From the NCBI GenBank assembly GCA_028534125.1, contig CM052818.1, forward strand, positions 42,348,231 to 42,412,000: a DNA stretch of 63,770 nt, read 5' to 3'. Position numbers and translations under genes: made by a program. Positions 12,732 to 26,073 of the stretch are shown here, piece by piece; within the stretch, counting starts at the first letter, position 1; each line of letters opens with the position of its first letter. Below the pieces are notes generated by a model, which saw nothing but the letters and a program-made list of their open reading frames with translations, was not told the DNA's origin and ran no database searches. This DNA is from Lama glama (taxonomy: Eukaryota).

Positions 12732-13066
12732 GTCTTAATTATAAAAAGCTGACGGATGAAAACACGAATCCTCTTGAGGCATTGGAGCCAGTCCTTTCAA
12801 GTCAGAATATCTTATCTATTTCTAAACTTGTTCCCAAAATTCCTGAAAAGGATGGACGGATGCTTTCGCCAAGCTCTCTGTACACCATCTGGTTGCAGAA
12901 GTTGTTCTGGACCGGAGACCCTCACCTCATTAAGCAAGTCCCAGCGTCCTGCCCGGAGTGGCTGCAGGCCTTCGACGTCTGCGCGAAGTACTTCGATCGC
13001 CTGCGCCCGGGGGACCTCATCACTGTGGTGGATGCGGTTACATTCTCTCCAAAAGCTGTGACCAAG
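12732..13066 (+). CDS. NBAS: NBAS coding exon (about exon 44), 335 nt, phase 1/0
   Basis: Long pyrimidine tract then caatag|; donor AAG|gtaacc. Encodes GLNYKKLTDENTNPLEALEPVLSSQN...TFSPKAVTK. Confidence 0.97.
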
Positions 13067-16000
13067 GTAACCGAAAAGATCATTTAAAGTAGATTGAACA
13101 CTTTAAAAGAAACAAAATCGCTCTTACGTTCTGTAGATTTTGTTTTCATTTCCTCCGTTGAGATGGGGAGTACTTACGTGTTAGGCGTTTTTGGTTTTTA
13201 CCAAGCACGAGGTGTTTTCACTGAGAAGTCATTTTCCTGCCACAGTCGTGCAAGTAGCCTGAGTCCGGCGTGACTGTTCTAATCTGCACGTGCATTTTGC
13301 ACATATTGTAGTTCTCATGTCATTTTATGGTAATTGCCCCGTGCTGTTCTTTCCAGTTGACAGTCGGGAGGAACCTCCAGTGCTTGCCTTCCGCGCCAGG
13401 CTGACAGCTTAGCTGTGGTTAAATCGAGGTCTTAAAGAAACTTCCCATGAATACCATGTAGTACATGATTTGATGATAAAATTACCCATGGGATTCTCTG
13501 TCGCATTTTCCAATGTCCACTCCATGCTCAGGTCTGAGCCCTTTAACTGGGCTCTGATTCCGGCTCTCGATCCTTCAACCACGTGTAGTTTCACTCAGAA
13601 CAGGAGATGTGGGTCCTTCTCCTCCCCTTCCTGCCCTCCCACCCGGACACCACTGTGAAACAAATGTAAATTTCTCACTGCTTGGACACGGCATAATCTC
13701 TCCTAGAAAATCTCCCAGCCCCTGGTTTCTGAACTGGGTTGTACTTGAAACTTCCTTTTCATTTTCTCTTGCCCATCTTTGCCGCTGCCTTCTCTTTCCC
13801 CCAGGTTGGCAAGTCTGCCCTGTACCCGATCCCATGTATGTTTATTATAGCGAGTATTACCCTGCAAGTTGAGTGCAGAGGCCAAGGATGCAGGGCATTC
13901 ACTTGGAGGTTGGCACAGGTGGAGGCTGAAGCATCCATGGGGAATACTAGTTTCAACTAACTTGCTAGATTAACAGTTGTGGGTAACTCAGGACTTCATT
14001 TCCTTATTATTATAACCCAGTTTAGTTAATACTTGGTTTTAAATTTTACAGCCATTGCTGTAAAAAGGAAATAATCATTTTTTGTTGTTTTTTAAGGAAA
14101 AAATGAGGATGATTGTTAAAGGAAGTAGCACAATATATTTGAAAAGAACACAGGTTTGGAGTCCTGTGGCTTTGAACTTTGAACCTGCTACTTGTTGCCT
14201 CTGTGGTTCAGCCTCTGGAATCAGGCTGAGACTGAGTAATCTGTGAAACAGATAATAGTATTACCCTGATTTTAATAGGAAGGGGGAAACAGAGGTTCGA
14301 CAGAGTTAACTTGGTAATAGAGGGGCCACAATTTCAGCCCCAGGAGGCTTATTCCGGGCCTTTGCTCCTAACCAGCAAGCTGTACTGTCTCTAAGAAGTT
14401 GTGGAACAAACAGCCAGAGTCAAGGGAGGGCAGTGGGACCAGAGAGCCCTAAGCATTTTCAGTCCAAGCGGAGCAGCCTGTTGTGGGATGGGTGCAGAGC
14501 AGGGCCGAGCCTAATGAGGAAGGCCAGGCAGGCACCTCACAATGTCTGAAAAGACAACAGTCCAGCAAACATTGGATTTCAGTCTCCAAGGATGACGAGG
14601 TTCTAGTCCGAGTAGGTACTAGCAATGCAGAAAGTACGTGTTAGAAGGGAGGGGCTGAACCACGTAGGGAGTTGAAATCCAAGAAAATGGCTCCTGTGAA
14701 CTGGCTGAAGGAGCCTGACGAACAAGCAGAGTGGCCAGGAAGACGGAGGGGCCCAGACGGAAGGAGGTTTTACATGTTTTACAGGAGGGCAGGGACAAAG
14801 CCTAGCATGGCCAGCCAAGGCCGTGTGCTAGTTGTGAGTGTGCATGTGGAGGTGGGCAGACAGTCCAGACTCTCCTGATTTATTCACTCCTGATTAAACA
14901 ACTTGACGAGTTGGATGGAGAATCTACTCAGTTTCAGTTACATATGATGTTTGAAGTCAGATGATTTTGAATTATAGCACATTTTCATCACCTTAGTTTC
15001 TTAATTGTGTATCTTTAAGATACCCTTCAACCAGCCACCTGAAAATGCATGACAGTTGTGAGCATATGTGCATTTTTTTCCTGAGGAAAAGCTGCGTAGC
15101 TGACCCAGGAAGGACTGAGTCAATTGATTACAGCGTTTCTTTCTCTTAGTTCAGGTGGTGTAGTTTTCAGCAAGATATTCGTTTATTGTAAACTATATCA
15201 AGAAGTGGTTCTCTACTGAGTCAGTAAGCTGTAGAAAAGGGGCACAGACACACTAAATTACATCTTTAGTCTAGCTTTATCTTTCTTCTCCTTTTATTAA
15301 TTGGCAAGCTTTCCATTTTCCATTCAGAGAGGGAAAGTATGAAGTTTAGATACAATGCATGTTTGAAATCACACAATACTATCCTAGAGAGAGTGTGAAA
15401 TTCAAACTGAAATACGCCCTCACATGTCAGAGGGCACATTTGGAAAAGGAATGCAGCTGGTTGTGGCCAAGTTTGCAAAATACCAGATGTTGCCACAGCT
15501 TGTACACAATGTTAAAGATGGAAACTGAGTGTATATTACTCATATGTAGTGTGCAGTTTTTAAACGTGTCCCCACGTTCAATTCAGAGCCAAGCTTTTGG
15601 AGAGAACTGGGGAACTGCTGCTAGACAGCACAGTAAGCAGTTCAGATACTGGAGTTCAGAGAGGCGTTTCCCCAAGCCTGAATTTAGTACCCATTCCACG
15701 ATGAAGTAAGCCAGAGAAGGCTCTTTGCCTTCATGAGAAGAGTTACTCAGTTGCCATTTTGCGATAGCTGAATTTGTAGAAATTCTGGGGAAAATATTCA
15801 CAAAATGGCATCATGTCATGTAGGCAGAGATTGAATTTGCATGATATTTAAGGTGATGAATTTGCAGAAGGGAAAAGCATACAGATGTTTAAGGTGCATT
15901 GTTGTGTCTCCGTTGGATCAGGTTAGAGTTGCTCTCTTGTGGCTTTTCCAATTCAGTAATTAGAAACATTTTTGTAGAAGGGTCAGAGAACAAGCTAGTG

Positions 16001-16502
16001 GGTGAGAAATCCAGGAAAACGGTCAGTGAAGCTGAAATGTAGGTCAACACACTATTCTCTTGGTTCAGACAGCGTGTGGTTTTAGATAAGGGGGAGTTTC
16101 CGTGTAATCCCGGCCTTCGTGTTTTATACTCCCCACTCGCTTTCAGTCTCTGGTGTAGCTACATCCAAAAGTGAGGACGTGGAGACTACTCCTCTTACTT
16201 AGGAAATGCCACCTAGAAGTTTGCCAGAATCCTTTAAAATCCCCAGGTCATCACAGAATCAGAGGGGGCCTGTGAGTATCCTGCCCGATGCTTCTCAGCC
16301 CGGAATTGGGGCGGCATCCACCCCCTCCCCCCAGCCTGCACACACCCTGTGTTTCAGCTCCCACCACTTGTTGCTGATGGGAACATACCTGCTTTGGGTT
16401 AGAGCAGAAAATTGTTGAGAACCTCTTGTCTAGTCTGACCTCTGACCTTCAAGCATCATTTCTATTGCTAATTAAGCTATTACCTCGGCTTTTACATCTA
16501 TT

Positions 16503-16557
16503 CACACACACACTTTATATTCATTCACACATACACACATACACACACACACACACA
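16503..16557. repeat. Imperfect (CA)n microsatellite
   Basis: Direct reading. Confidence 0.85.
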
Positions 16558-17259
16558 TGCGATCTTTCTGTTTCTCCTTGTAATTCCCACTTTTGGGTTC
16601 TGTCTCCTGGGGCTGTGGGAACAGCATCAGGGCCTCACTTTTCCATATTATGACTGTTCAGATCCTTGACCTAAGCTGCTATTTCCTCCCCTATCCTATT
16701 ATCCGAATTATTTGGCATAAAAATCTGAAAGAAAAAAATTTGTTAAAAACCATAATATGACCTAAAAAGATTTGTTTCTTAAGTTTAAGTCTGAATCAAA
16801 AGGCTGCATTATAGTTGTAACCTCAGGGTCTTCACGCTGCTAATACCATCTTGTAACTAAGGATGGGAGCACATTTTTCACCATAATGAGCAGTTGGTGT
16901 CTGAAGCCTATGTAAAAATATTTAGATAAAGCACGGTCCCTAATTGCATGGCATGATACATGGCTTTCTGATGCTTAACTCTGTTGGATCACTAAGTCTG
17001 TAGGCATTACTGTGTGCCATGTACAATATTAATTGCCATTGGAGATACCCAGATGTAAAAAATGCGCCTATAAGACACTTAAAATGAAGGGTATTTTTTT
17101 CTTTACAGTAAAATTATTATAATCGAGAATTACACCCTCTGTGAAATTAGAAATTCTTTGAGGGCAGGGATGGTGCCTTTAATCTTAAAAGCTCTAGTTT
17201 CTAGCATAGTGTAAAGTAGATACTCAAAGTGATTGTTCAAATAATTATTATCATATATT

Positions 17260-18084
17260 GGCAATTCTTAAATCTGTTGATCTCTGTATGCCTTAATATT
17301 CTTGAAAATTATTGAGGACCTTAAATAACTTTTGTTTATATATTACAATAAATATATCATTGTTTATCATAGTAGAAGTTAAAATGGGGGGAAGAGTATA
17401 GCTCAAGTGGTAGAGTGCGTGCTCAGCGTGCAGGAGGTCCTGAGTTCAGTCCCCAGTACCTCCTCTAAAATAATAAAATAAATAAGTAAATAAATAAACC
17501 TAATTACCCCCCAAATAAAAATAAGTAAATAAATAAAAATGACTTTAAAAAAAGAAGTTAAAACCAAGAAATTTTAGAAATATTTGTTTAGTTCACTTAA
17601 AACTACCAATAATAGACCCATTTATAGGTTGACATGAATAGCATCTCTTAATGGGAAATAACTTTATTTCAAAAAGAAAAAAATAATGAAAGAGTGACCA
17701 CATTTTACAGTTACATGTCTGGCTTAATGGAACACAGCTGGGTTCTTGTATTTGTTTCTGTATTCAATTTTTGTTGTTTTGGTTGAAGAAAATGAAGAGA
17801 TTCCAGTTTTTAATAGCCTACAGTGTAGTTTTGGGTGTTCTTTAATGCTACACTAAAACTCAACATGATAGATTCTTAAAGACTAGTTGTAACGTGAAAT
17901 CAGAAACCCTATCCTTGATCTTTTTGTAGTACTTTGCAGTAAAACCATCATTCTAGTTTGCACTTTGAATGGCTCTTTTGGCCAAGTATGATTTGTAATA
18001 TAATGCATTCAGCATTTGGAAACTAGTGGCTCCCTGAGTTATGCAAATTATCCAAATGCTGATACAGTGCATTTTACATTATCA
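17260..18084. mobile_element. Charlie1-like hAT DNA transposon fragment, interrupted by a SINE and truncated by the gap
   Basis: aaaattattgaggacc...cttttgtttat and atgtctggcttaatggaacacagctgggttct...tctgtattcaat match recalled Charlie1 terminal sequence. Confidence 0.65.
17385..17552 (+). mobile_element. Vic-1-like camelid tRNA-derived SINE
   Basis: Head ggggggaagagtatagctcaagtggtagag (A box), gagttcagtccc (B box) and an A-rich tail. 11-bp TSD agaagttaaaa at 17374-17384 and 17553-17563. Confidence 0.9.
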
Positions 18085-18584
18085 NNNNNNNNNNNNNNNN
18101 NNNNNNNNNNNNNNNNNNNNNNNNNNNNNNNNNNNNNNNNNNNNNNNNNNNNNNNNNNNNNNNNNNNNNNNNNNNNNNNNNNNNNNNNNNNNNNNNNNNN
18201 NNNNNNNNNNNNNNNNNNNNNNNNNNNNNNNNNNNNNNNNNNNNNNNNNNNNNNNNNNNNNNNNNNNNNNNNNNNNNNNNNNNNNNNNNNNNNNNNNNNN
18301 NNNNNNNNNNNNNNNNNNNNNNNNNNNNNNNNNNNNNNNNNNNNNNNNNNNNNNNNNNNNNNNNNNNNNNNNNNNNNNNNNNNNNNNNNNNNNNNNNNNN
18401 NNNNNNNNNNNNNNNNNNNNNNNNNNNNNNNNNNNNNNNNNNNNNNNNNNNNNNNNNNNNNNNNNNNNNNNNNNNNNNNNNNNNNNNNNNNNNNNNNNNN
18501 NNNNNNNNNNNNNNNNNNNNNNNNNNNNNNNNNNNNNNNNNNNNNNNNNNNNNNNNNNNNNNNNNNNNNNNNNNNNNNNNNNNN
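18085..18584. other. Assembly gap (500 N)
   Basis: Run of exactly 500 N. Confidence 1.
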
Positions 18585-19859
18585 AAATTGACATCCTCAA
18601 AATCAAATCCTCTTGCCCTTTTAGTTAAAGTTCAATTACATCAAAATCCAAATTTCATAAGTTGAACAAAATTAAAGTTGATAGGTGATTTTTCCTGGTT
18701 TCTACTCTGTCTTAGCCAGAGAGGTCGGAGTTAGATGTCTGGACAACAGCTGGTTCCTTCGGCAGAACACCCCTGTTCCCCTTGAGTTAGTGTAGCTTCT
18801 TCAGCAAATCTGAAGTTAAATTAATCCCACCACAAGTTTTGTATGCATCCCATTTTTAAAAACTCCAAAAGAAAACCAGAAAAAAATAAAACTGTTTCAG
18901 CCCCAGCTTCAGAACCATATAATTTAGAAAACTCATGCAGTTCACCAGCCCTGAAACAGTTAGCCAGGCAAAGCAGGGTTCTTGAATCCTGTTCTTAGTT
19001 CCATCCAAATACACTTCCTAGAATGCTGGAGAGCGTAGAAGGGGCTTGGTGGGATGGGAGCGAAGGAGGAGAGACAGAAAACCTTACTGGATTTAGCTTT
19101 GCCAGGATGTCAGGTCAAACCAGTTGTCCAGAGATCGGTTGGGTAGGGCTACCATCAAGAGGTTATCTGGTGTACGTTCTCCATGGAGGAAGGAAAAATG
19201 TCTATACTGTCTTCTTTCTGGGACTGATGTATTTTACACGTCCTTGTCTCTAGTCACTCTGCCTTCCGAGTTTCTGTTTCCTCATTTAAGCTCTGCATTC
19301 CTTTCAGTTAAGTGTCACAGGGCTGGTGTCACTGCCTTTTTGCTGTGGAATTCCACTTGTCTCGGAAACCTGTCTCCTGGGGAAGTTTCACCCACGTCCA
19401 TATTTGTTTCTGCTGAAAACCCCCTAATGAAATCAGCATAGATGTTTTTGAAACCTGTGCCCCTAAGGACCTAGGGAGGACTACTGCCTTTGCTTTGTGC
19501 TTGGCTCTGAATTTTATGCTTGTGCTACTTCCATGGGAATAGAAATATTTCTATCACATCTTTCGGGTTTGACGGGAGAGAACAATAAACAGCATCCTGT
19601 CTTCCCAAGATGCAGTCAGTTACGAGATAGAAGGTTCAGCTGGGTGGGAATCAAAGCGACTTTGTTGTTGGTAGGATTGGAGTGGAGGACGTGGCTTGAT
19701 TTTCCACGCCAGCCTTCTTTATACTTGCTCCCTGCACCAGATCCTCACACAGCCCCGCCAAGCACTGAGTCGATCTGTCGAGCAGCCGTGCTTCCTCAGC
19801 AGGCCTGCCTCTCCACTTGATCCCCATTCATGGGACCGAGAGAGGTGGCCTCTGGCTTA

Positions 19860-20127
19860 GTGCTGTCCAGGAGAACTGTCATGTGACCACATGTGCAATT
19901 TGAAATTTTCTAGTAGCCGCAGTAAGAAAAGTAAACCAAATAGGTGAAATTGTCCTAAACACTTGTCAGTTGTCCAAAATAGTATCATTTCAACATGTAG
20001 TCAGTATAAAAATTATGAATGAGATATTTTAACATTCTTGTTTTCATGTAGTCTTTGCAAATCTGCTGACTGTACTTGTCAGTACAGACCTTTCAGAGGC
20101 TCGACAGTCACATGAATGGACTGCACA
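19860..20127. mobile_element. MER33/MER3-like hAT-Charlie relic
   Basis: Terminal gtgctgtcca...tggactgcacag; internal aattttctagtagcc and tatcatttcaacatgtagtcagtataaaaattat. Confidence 0.65.
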
Positions 20128-20489
20128 GGTAATGCTTATCTGGAACCAGAGTCTGGGCCTGTCCCACCAGTGTGTACTGCTGGAAGCCCAGGGGTGGAAG
20201 GCGAGGGTACTCTCCCCAGAGGCAGATCTCAAAAAGAGAGGGAAAGGACTAGCCCTCCATAATCAGTTTCTTCTCCCGGTATCATCAGATGTCACTGCTC
20301 CTCTCCCGAGAAGTCAAAGGTGAAGAGAGAAGCCGTACACACCTTCTTGAGACCCACGGGGGGACTCTGGGCCTGGGAGGGAACTGCAGAGGAGGAGAAA
20401 GTGGTTCCTGCCACACATGCTAAGTGATGTCAAGTTAACAATAAATTACAAGACCTTAGGAACCACTGTACATTCTGTGTAAGGACAGC

Positions 20490-20710
20490 AGTGATGGCTG
20501 CCATCTTTATTCCCTTACTCTGTGCCAGGCACTGGCTCGCGCCTCTGCCTCATCTCCAGTCTTCGTCACAGCCCGGTGACGTAGCTATTGTATCTCAGTC
20601 TGAAATGAGTAAACTGAAGGTTAGAGGTTAAATAATTTGTTCAAGATCAGAAGCAAGTCGGTAGTTGAGGCAGAATTCCAATCCTAGTCTTACCTGTTCC
20701 GTGTGAGCAG
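20490..20710. mobile_element. MIR SINE relic
   Basis: cttactctgtgccaggcactg...aaactgaaggttagaggttaaataatttgttcaagatc. Confidence 0.65.
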
Positions 20711-21060
20711 TCTTCAGCAATGATAATCCTTTTCTTCCTTAGACAGGCACCCACTATTTTCTGAGCATTGTATTGGGTACATTTATGTTATCCTCTTATA
20801 TGGAGTCCACACCCGGCCCTTTGACCTGAGCTCCTTTCTGTAACAAGAAAGAAATAGAACCGCTCCCTCCTCGACATGCCTGCTCTTTGGGAAATGGAGT
20901 GAAATCACCACGTATCCCCAAGCCTTTTCACCCCTCAATCTTCTTTATTCTGCAAGTAACGTGGATTTCTTGTGTTTCTGTTATAATCACCTTCTCCTTG
21001 ATGTGATTTATATGTGTTCCTCCTTAAAAAAAAAATCAGAAAGGAAAAAAATCACCTCCA

Positions 21061-21541
21061 TGTATTAGTTTCTTAGTCTGTTGTAACTAATTACTACACA
21101 CCTAGTGGCTTAAATGATACAAATTTACTATCTTAAATTCCTATAGGTTCGAAGTCAGACAGGGGTCTCACTGGGCTACAGTCAAAGTGCAGGTAGGGCT
21201 GCATTGCTTTCTGGAGGCTCCAGGGGAGAACCCATGTTCATAACTGTGTTTGTTTGTTGGCTTATGGCCTCTGTCCTCCGTCTTCAAAGCCAGCAACATT
21301 GCATCTTTCTGATTTCTGTCTTCACATTATCTCTCTCTGACCAAAGGCAAGGAAGGTTCGCACTTTTAAGGATTTGTGCGATGAGATTGGAGCCTCTGTG
21401 ATCATCCAGGATAATCTACCCATCTCAGGGACTCTACCATTAATCACATCTGCCAAGTCCCTCTGGCATGTGTGGTAACATGTTCACAGAGCCCAAGGAT
21501 TAGGATGTGGACATCTTTGGGGACCATAATTCTGCTTACCT
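21061..21541 (-). mobile_element. MaLR solo LTR (MLT1D-like)
   Basis: Begins tgtattagtttc and ends ggattaggatgtggacatctttggggaccataattctgcttacc, the reverse complement of the recalled MLT1D 5' end. Confidence 0.8.
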
Positions 21542-21979
21542 GTACTTTTATATATAATAAGCTTATAGAGACTTTATAGACTTCATAATAAGGTTTTATA
21601 AAAGGACTGAAGTTTATAGTAAAACGAAAAAATGGTAAAAAGCCTTGAAAAATAATTAACTCAAAGCTGATATACTGCCTTAATTCATACATATTTTTGT
21701 TTCTGTGTAAATGGATTTTAGTTTATTCAAGATAAAACATACTTATTTTAAATCCAAATAAACTACATGCATCTCTGTTTCTGATTACTGATATATGTAG
21801 TCTCCACATTGATCTTTGTGTATCATTGTTGGAGTATACGTTACAGCAGTGAATGAAGATCTTTTGATCGTCATATTTTTTTTTAATTGAAAAGATGTGT
21901 ATCTAATGCACGTTTGTGTTAGAAGACACTGCGTTTCTCAGGCTCCTCTCTTCCTAAGTGGAAAGTGGCATTCTCGTGT

Positions 21980-23466
21980 ATTTTTTTAAGACTTTATTTT
22001 TTAAGAGCACTTTTAGTAGGTTCACAGCAAAACTGAGAGGAAGGTACAGAGATTTCTCACTTGCCCCCTTGCCCCTCACCAGAAGGTACATTTTTTTCTC
22101 TGCAATTGATAAACCTACACTGACATCATTATCACCCAAAGTCATAGTTTACCATAGGGTCCACTGTTGGTTTTGTACATTCTGGGGGTGTGGACAAATG
22201 CGTAATGACATGTATTATCTATCCATCATTATAATATCCTAGAGTACTTTCATTGCCCCAAAAAGCCTCCATTTTCTGCCTGTTCCTGTCCCACCCCACC
22301 CGCTGGCAACCAGTGATCTTTTTATTGTGTCCATATTTTTACCTCTTTTATGATGTCATAGTCTAATGTAGTCATAGACTATAGCTACGTGTAGTCCTAC
22401 ACTGCATAGCCTTTTCAGATTGGCTTCTTCCACTTAGTAATATGCACTTAAGGGTCTCCGTGTCTTATCATGGCTTGATAGTTCATTTCTTTTTAGTGCT
22501 GAGTAATATTCCATTATGTGGCTATACCAGTTTATTTATCCATTCACCTTCTGAAGGACATCTTGGTCAGTTCTAAGTTTTGGCAATTATGAATCAAGCT
22601 TCTATAAATATTCATGTGCAATTTTCTTATGTGGACACAAATTTTTAACTCCTTTGGATAAATACTGAGGAGAGCAATAGCTGGATTCTATGGTAAGAGT
22701 ATGTTTAGTTTTGTAATAAACTTCCAAACTGTCTTCCAAAGTGGTGGTACGTTTTGCATTCCCACCAGCAGTGAATGAGACTTCTTGTTTCACGTCCTCT
22801 GCAGCATTTGATGTTGTCAGGGTTCTGGATTTTGACCTTTCTCATGGGTACATAGTGGTATCTCACTATTGTTCTAATTTTCATTTCCCTGAGGACATAT
22901 GATGTGGAGCATCATTGTATATGCTATGTGTTTATGTGCCGTCTGTATATATTCTTTGGTGAGATGTCTTTTAAGGTCTTTGGCTGATTTTTCCATCAAG
23001 TTGTTTGTCTTCTTACTATTTTAGGAGATCGTTGTATATTTTGTATAACAGTGCTTTATCAGATGTGTCTTTTGCAAATATTTTCTTCCAGTCAGTAGTT
23101 TGTCTCTCACTCTCTTAATGTTGTGTTTCACACAGCTATAGTTTTTAATTTTGATGAAGTCTAGCCATCAATTATTTCTTTTATGGATTGTGCCTTTGGT
23201 GTTTTATCTAAAAACTTATAGTCATACTTAGGGTCATCTAGATTTCTTCCTATGTAACCTTTTAGGAGTTTTTAATTGTGTGTTTTACATTTAGGTCTAT
23301 GATCCATTCTGAGTTAATTCTTGTGAAGGATGTAGGTCTGTGTTTAGATTCATTTTTTTGCTTGTGGACGTCCAGTTGTTCCAGCCCTATTTGTGGAGAA
23401 GACTATCTTTGCTCTGTTGTATTGCCTTTACTCCTTTGTTAAAAGTCAGTCAGCTGTATTTATGTG
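21980..23466 (-). mobile_element. Old L1 (L1MC-like) 3' portion, antisense to NBAS
   Basis: gactttattttttaagagcacttttagtaggttcacagcaaaactgagagg (L1MC 3' end) followed by ORF2-derived antisense sequence. Degenerate TSD ggcattctc/ggcatactc. Confidence 0.85.
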
Positions 23467-24589
23467 AGGGCATACTCACACATGTTAGCCGTCCCCCCAC
23501 CAAATTTTATGATGCTCATTGTTGCTATTTTATAGTCATATTAAACTTGACTATGAGATGTTACATTCATTCAGTTTTACGAGATGACTAAATGTTAAGT
23601 CATTTTCCTCTAATCTCATAAATAAGTATTTTGCTCATTAATCTCTGGTCTTGGTGTAGTCATCACTTCACTCCTTTGATTCTGAACTAAATGAGCTTTG
23701 TTCATTCCAGATACATTCAGGAAGTGTTCACACAAGCACGTGTTCATTGCCACTGTTGTAAGTGCTGTAAACAAAGAAAAGACTGCCTAGCTCCCTGCCC
23801 TTGAGAAGCTCCCAGTTGATTACAACCAATGTGTGTGTGTGTATCAGGTGAACTATAATTTGATACAAGAAGTACCATTAAGGATATTAATAAAAGCTGT
23901 GTGTACAAAGGAAGACATACTCAGTAAATACTTATTGAACGCCTTCTATGTTCCAGGCATATATGTGTTAATAATGCTACCTCATAATGATTATTTCAAG
24001 CTAGTTAAATGTTCAGTATATACTGCTCTCATCTGACCTTCAGCTAGCCTCTGTGTATTGTTATAGTGTTCTTGAATGCCGTTGCTTTTAAGGAACCATT
24101 TTCTTCTATTTTCCAAGATGAGAGTTTAGTTTGATAAGCATACCCTATCTTGACAAAAAAAAAAGCAAAAAGCCAGGAGCTTAGGAGATAAGCAAAGAAG
24201 AAAGAACCTAAAAAAGAATTGTTTTTCAAGTGTGATTGTCAAGGCACAGTATACATGGGAGCAGGTGGAACACTTGAAGGGTAGACAATACAGGTTTTGA
24301 AAGTTAATATGATATAACATAAATTTTAAAAAATACAGTTCTACAAAAAAATGACCTTCTATTACAAGACTCAGAAAGTCTCTCCTGTTGAAAGTTTTAC
24401 ATGGCCTTTACGTTTCCACAGGTGATTATTTCTCCTCCTTGCCCTTTTTCCATTTATAAAAAGTGAAAAATCCGTAAGTTCCTAGAAAAGTCTGTCTGAT
24501 TTTCCCATTTGACTCAGGATCTCCCTTTTATCAAGTATGCGTCATTGGTTAATTCGGACATTTACAGAACGAATATTTACTGAGTGCTG

Positions 24590-25165
24590 GGGAAGACAGC
24601 CTCTGAGAGGGCCCCTGGTGATCCCGACCTGCCAGGATTAGTCCTGTGTGTAACTCCCTCCCCTGGTGTATGGACTAGACTCACTAATTCACTGCTGACA
24701 AGCAGAATGAACAGCAAACGTGATGGGACACCATTTACAAAATGAGGTTACAGAAGGACTATGGCTTCCTTCCTGGGCGTTCTCTTCTCCCTTGGATCGC
24801 TCACTCTTAGGGAATCTGGCTGTCCTGTGGTGAAGAGCCCCGCAGGGCAGGAGACCGAGGCTGCCAATGACCATGTGAGTAAACACAGACGTGTATCTCC
24901 TCCTGCACCCCAGCAGGTCACCGGGTGGCTCTGCAGTCCCGGCCCATGGTTTGATTATAACCCCCCGAGAGAGCTAGCCAGTGAGTGCTGTGAGTGGCAG
25001 CGTGGGTTGGAGGAGGGCAGTGTAAGGAGGGGGAGGGAAGCCAGGGGATTAATCCCAAGGCACCTAGCTCAGCCGCACTCAGATTCATGATTCATAGGAA
25101 CTAGGAGGTAATTAATGTTTTAAGCTTCTGAATTTGGCCATTTTTTAATGCAACAATGGAAACTC
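24590..25165 (+). mobile_element. MaLR solo LTR (MLT1F/G-like) carrying a foreign insertion
   Basis: Start cagcctctgagagggcccctggtgatcccgacct; end ttttaagcttctgaatttgg...gcaacaatggaaact. Confidence 0.7.
24976..25042 (+). repeat. 67-bp exact direct repeat, copy 1
   Basis: Identical to 26074-26140. Confidence 0.97.
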
Positions 25166-25169
25166 TCAT

Positions 25170-26010
25170 CCGTGTCTGTTACATGTCGGGAATTGTCCTC
25201 AGGGCTGGGAATATGGCACCGAACAGCATAGACAAGCATCTCTGACCTAAGGGAAACTGGACAGTAAACAAAATGATGAAGCTCAGACCTGTGAAATGGT
25301 AGTAAATCAAGAGAAAAATAAACCTTCCAGGAGTCAGAAGTGCAAGACAGCAGGACTGCGGCAATTTAAAGTAAGATGGTCGAAGAAGACCTCACGGAGA
25401 ATGTAATACTTGAGCAAAGAGCTTCAGGAAGTCAGGCAGCAACAAACTGTTTATCAGAGGGAAGGTGGCCCAGGGGCGCATGCTGCGCCCATGTGAGGAA
25501 CTGTGAGGCCAGTGTGGCTGGCGGGGAACGCGGAGGGGGCAGCGGTGGGAGGTGAGTGACAGGACCGTGTGGCTGGGATAGGGCCTTGTGGGGATGAGCA
25601 GCCAGTGCAGGCTTTGATCGGACCTGGCTCTTTAACAGAACCCCCCCTGCTGCCCTGTTGAAGGTGTTATGGGAGGTAGTGGCAGAAGCAAGGAGACGGC
25701 TGAGGAAGCAGCTGTGGTTTTCTAAGTAAAAGATGCTGGTGGTTTGGATGAGGATGGTAGCAGTGACCATGGTGAGAAATGGTCAAATTCTGGATTTATT
25801 TGGAAGATAGAGCCAATTTGCTGTTGGATTTGATGCGGGAGATAAGAAAACGTTAATAATCCAGGATGGTACCAAGACTGTTGGTCTGAGTGACTGTAAG
25901 GGTAGGGTTGCTATTTACTAAGATTGGAAGGAGCAGCTTTGGGGGGTAGGATCAGGAGCTGTTGTTTGACATATTAAAATTGATGTGGCTTTTTGTGAGG
26001 TTACACCATT
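25170..26010 (-). mobile_element. L2 LINE relic
   Basis: L2 antisense motifs, e.g. ggtagcagtgaccatggtgagaaatggtcaaattctggatttatttggaagatagagcca. Confidence 0.65.
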
Positions 26011-26073
26011 GGAAGGAGATGGGCGATGGGTACGTGGGGCCTCTCTGTACTATCCTGCAGTGTCTCGTGAGCC

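Noticed and set aside
12756..13061. 101-aa alternative-frame ORF within exon 44
   Set aside because: Stop-free alternative frames are expected in GC-rich coding sequence, and there is no initiation context in a deep internal exon.
17386..17462. tRNA gene (also at 31556 and 63100-63178)
   Set aside because: The A/B boxes are SINE heads with A-rich tails, the copies at 17385 and 63000 have their own TSDs, and I could not build an intact cloverleaf.
18016..18628. Long ORFs of 174-195 aa in the ORF track
   Set aside because: Artefacts of translating through the N gap.
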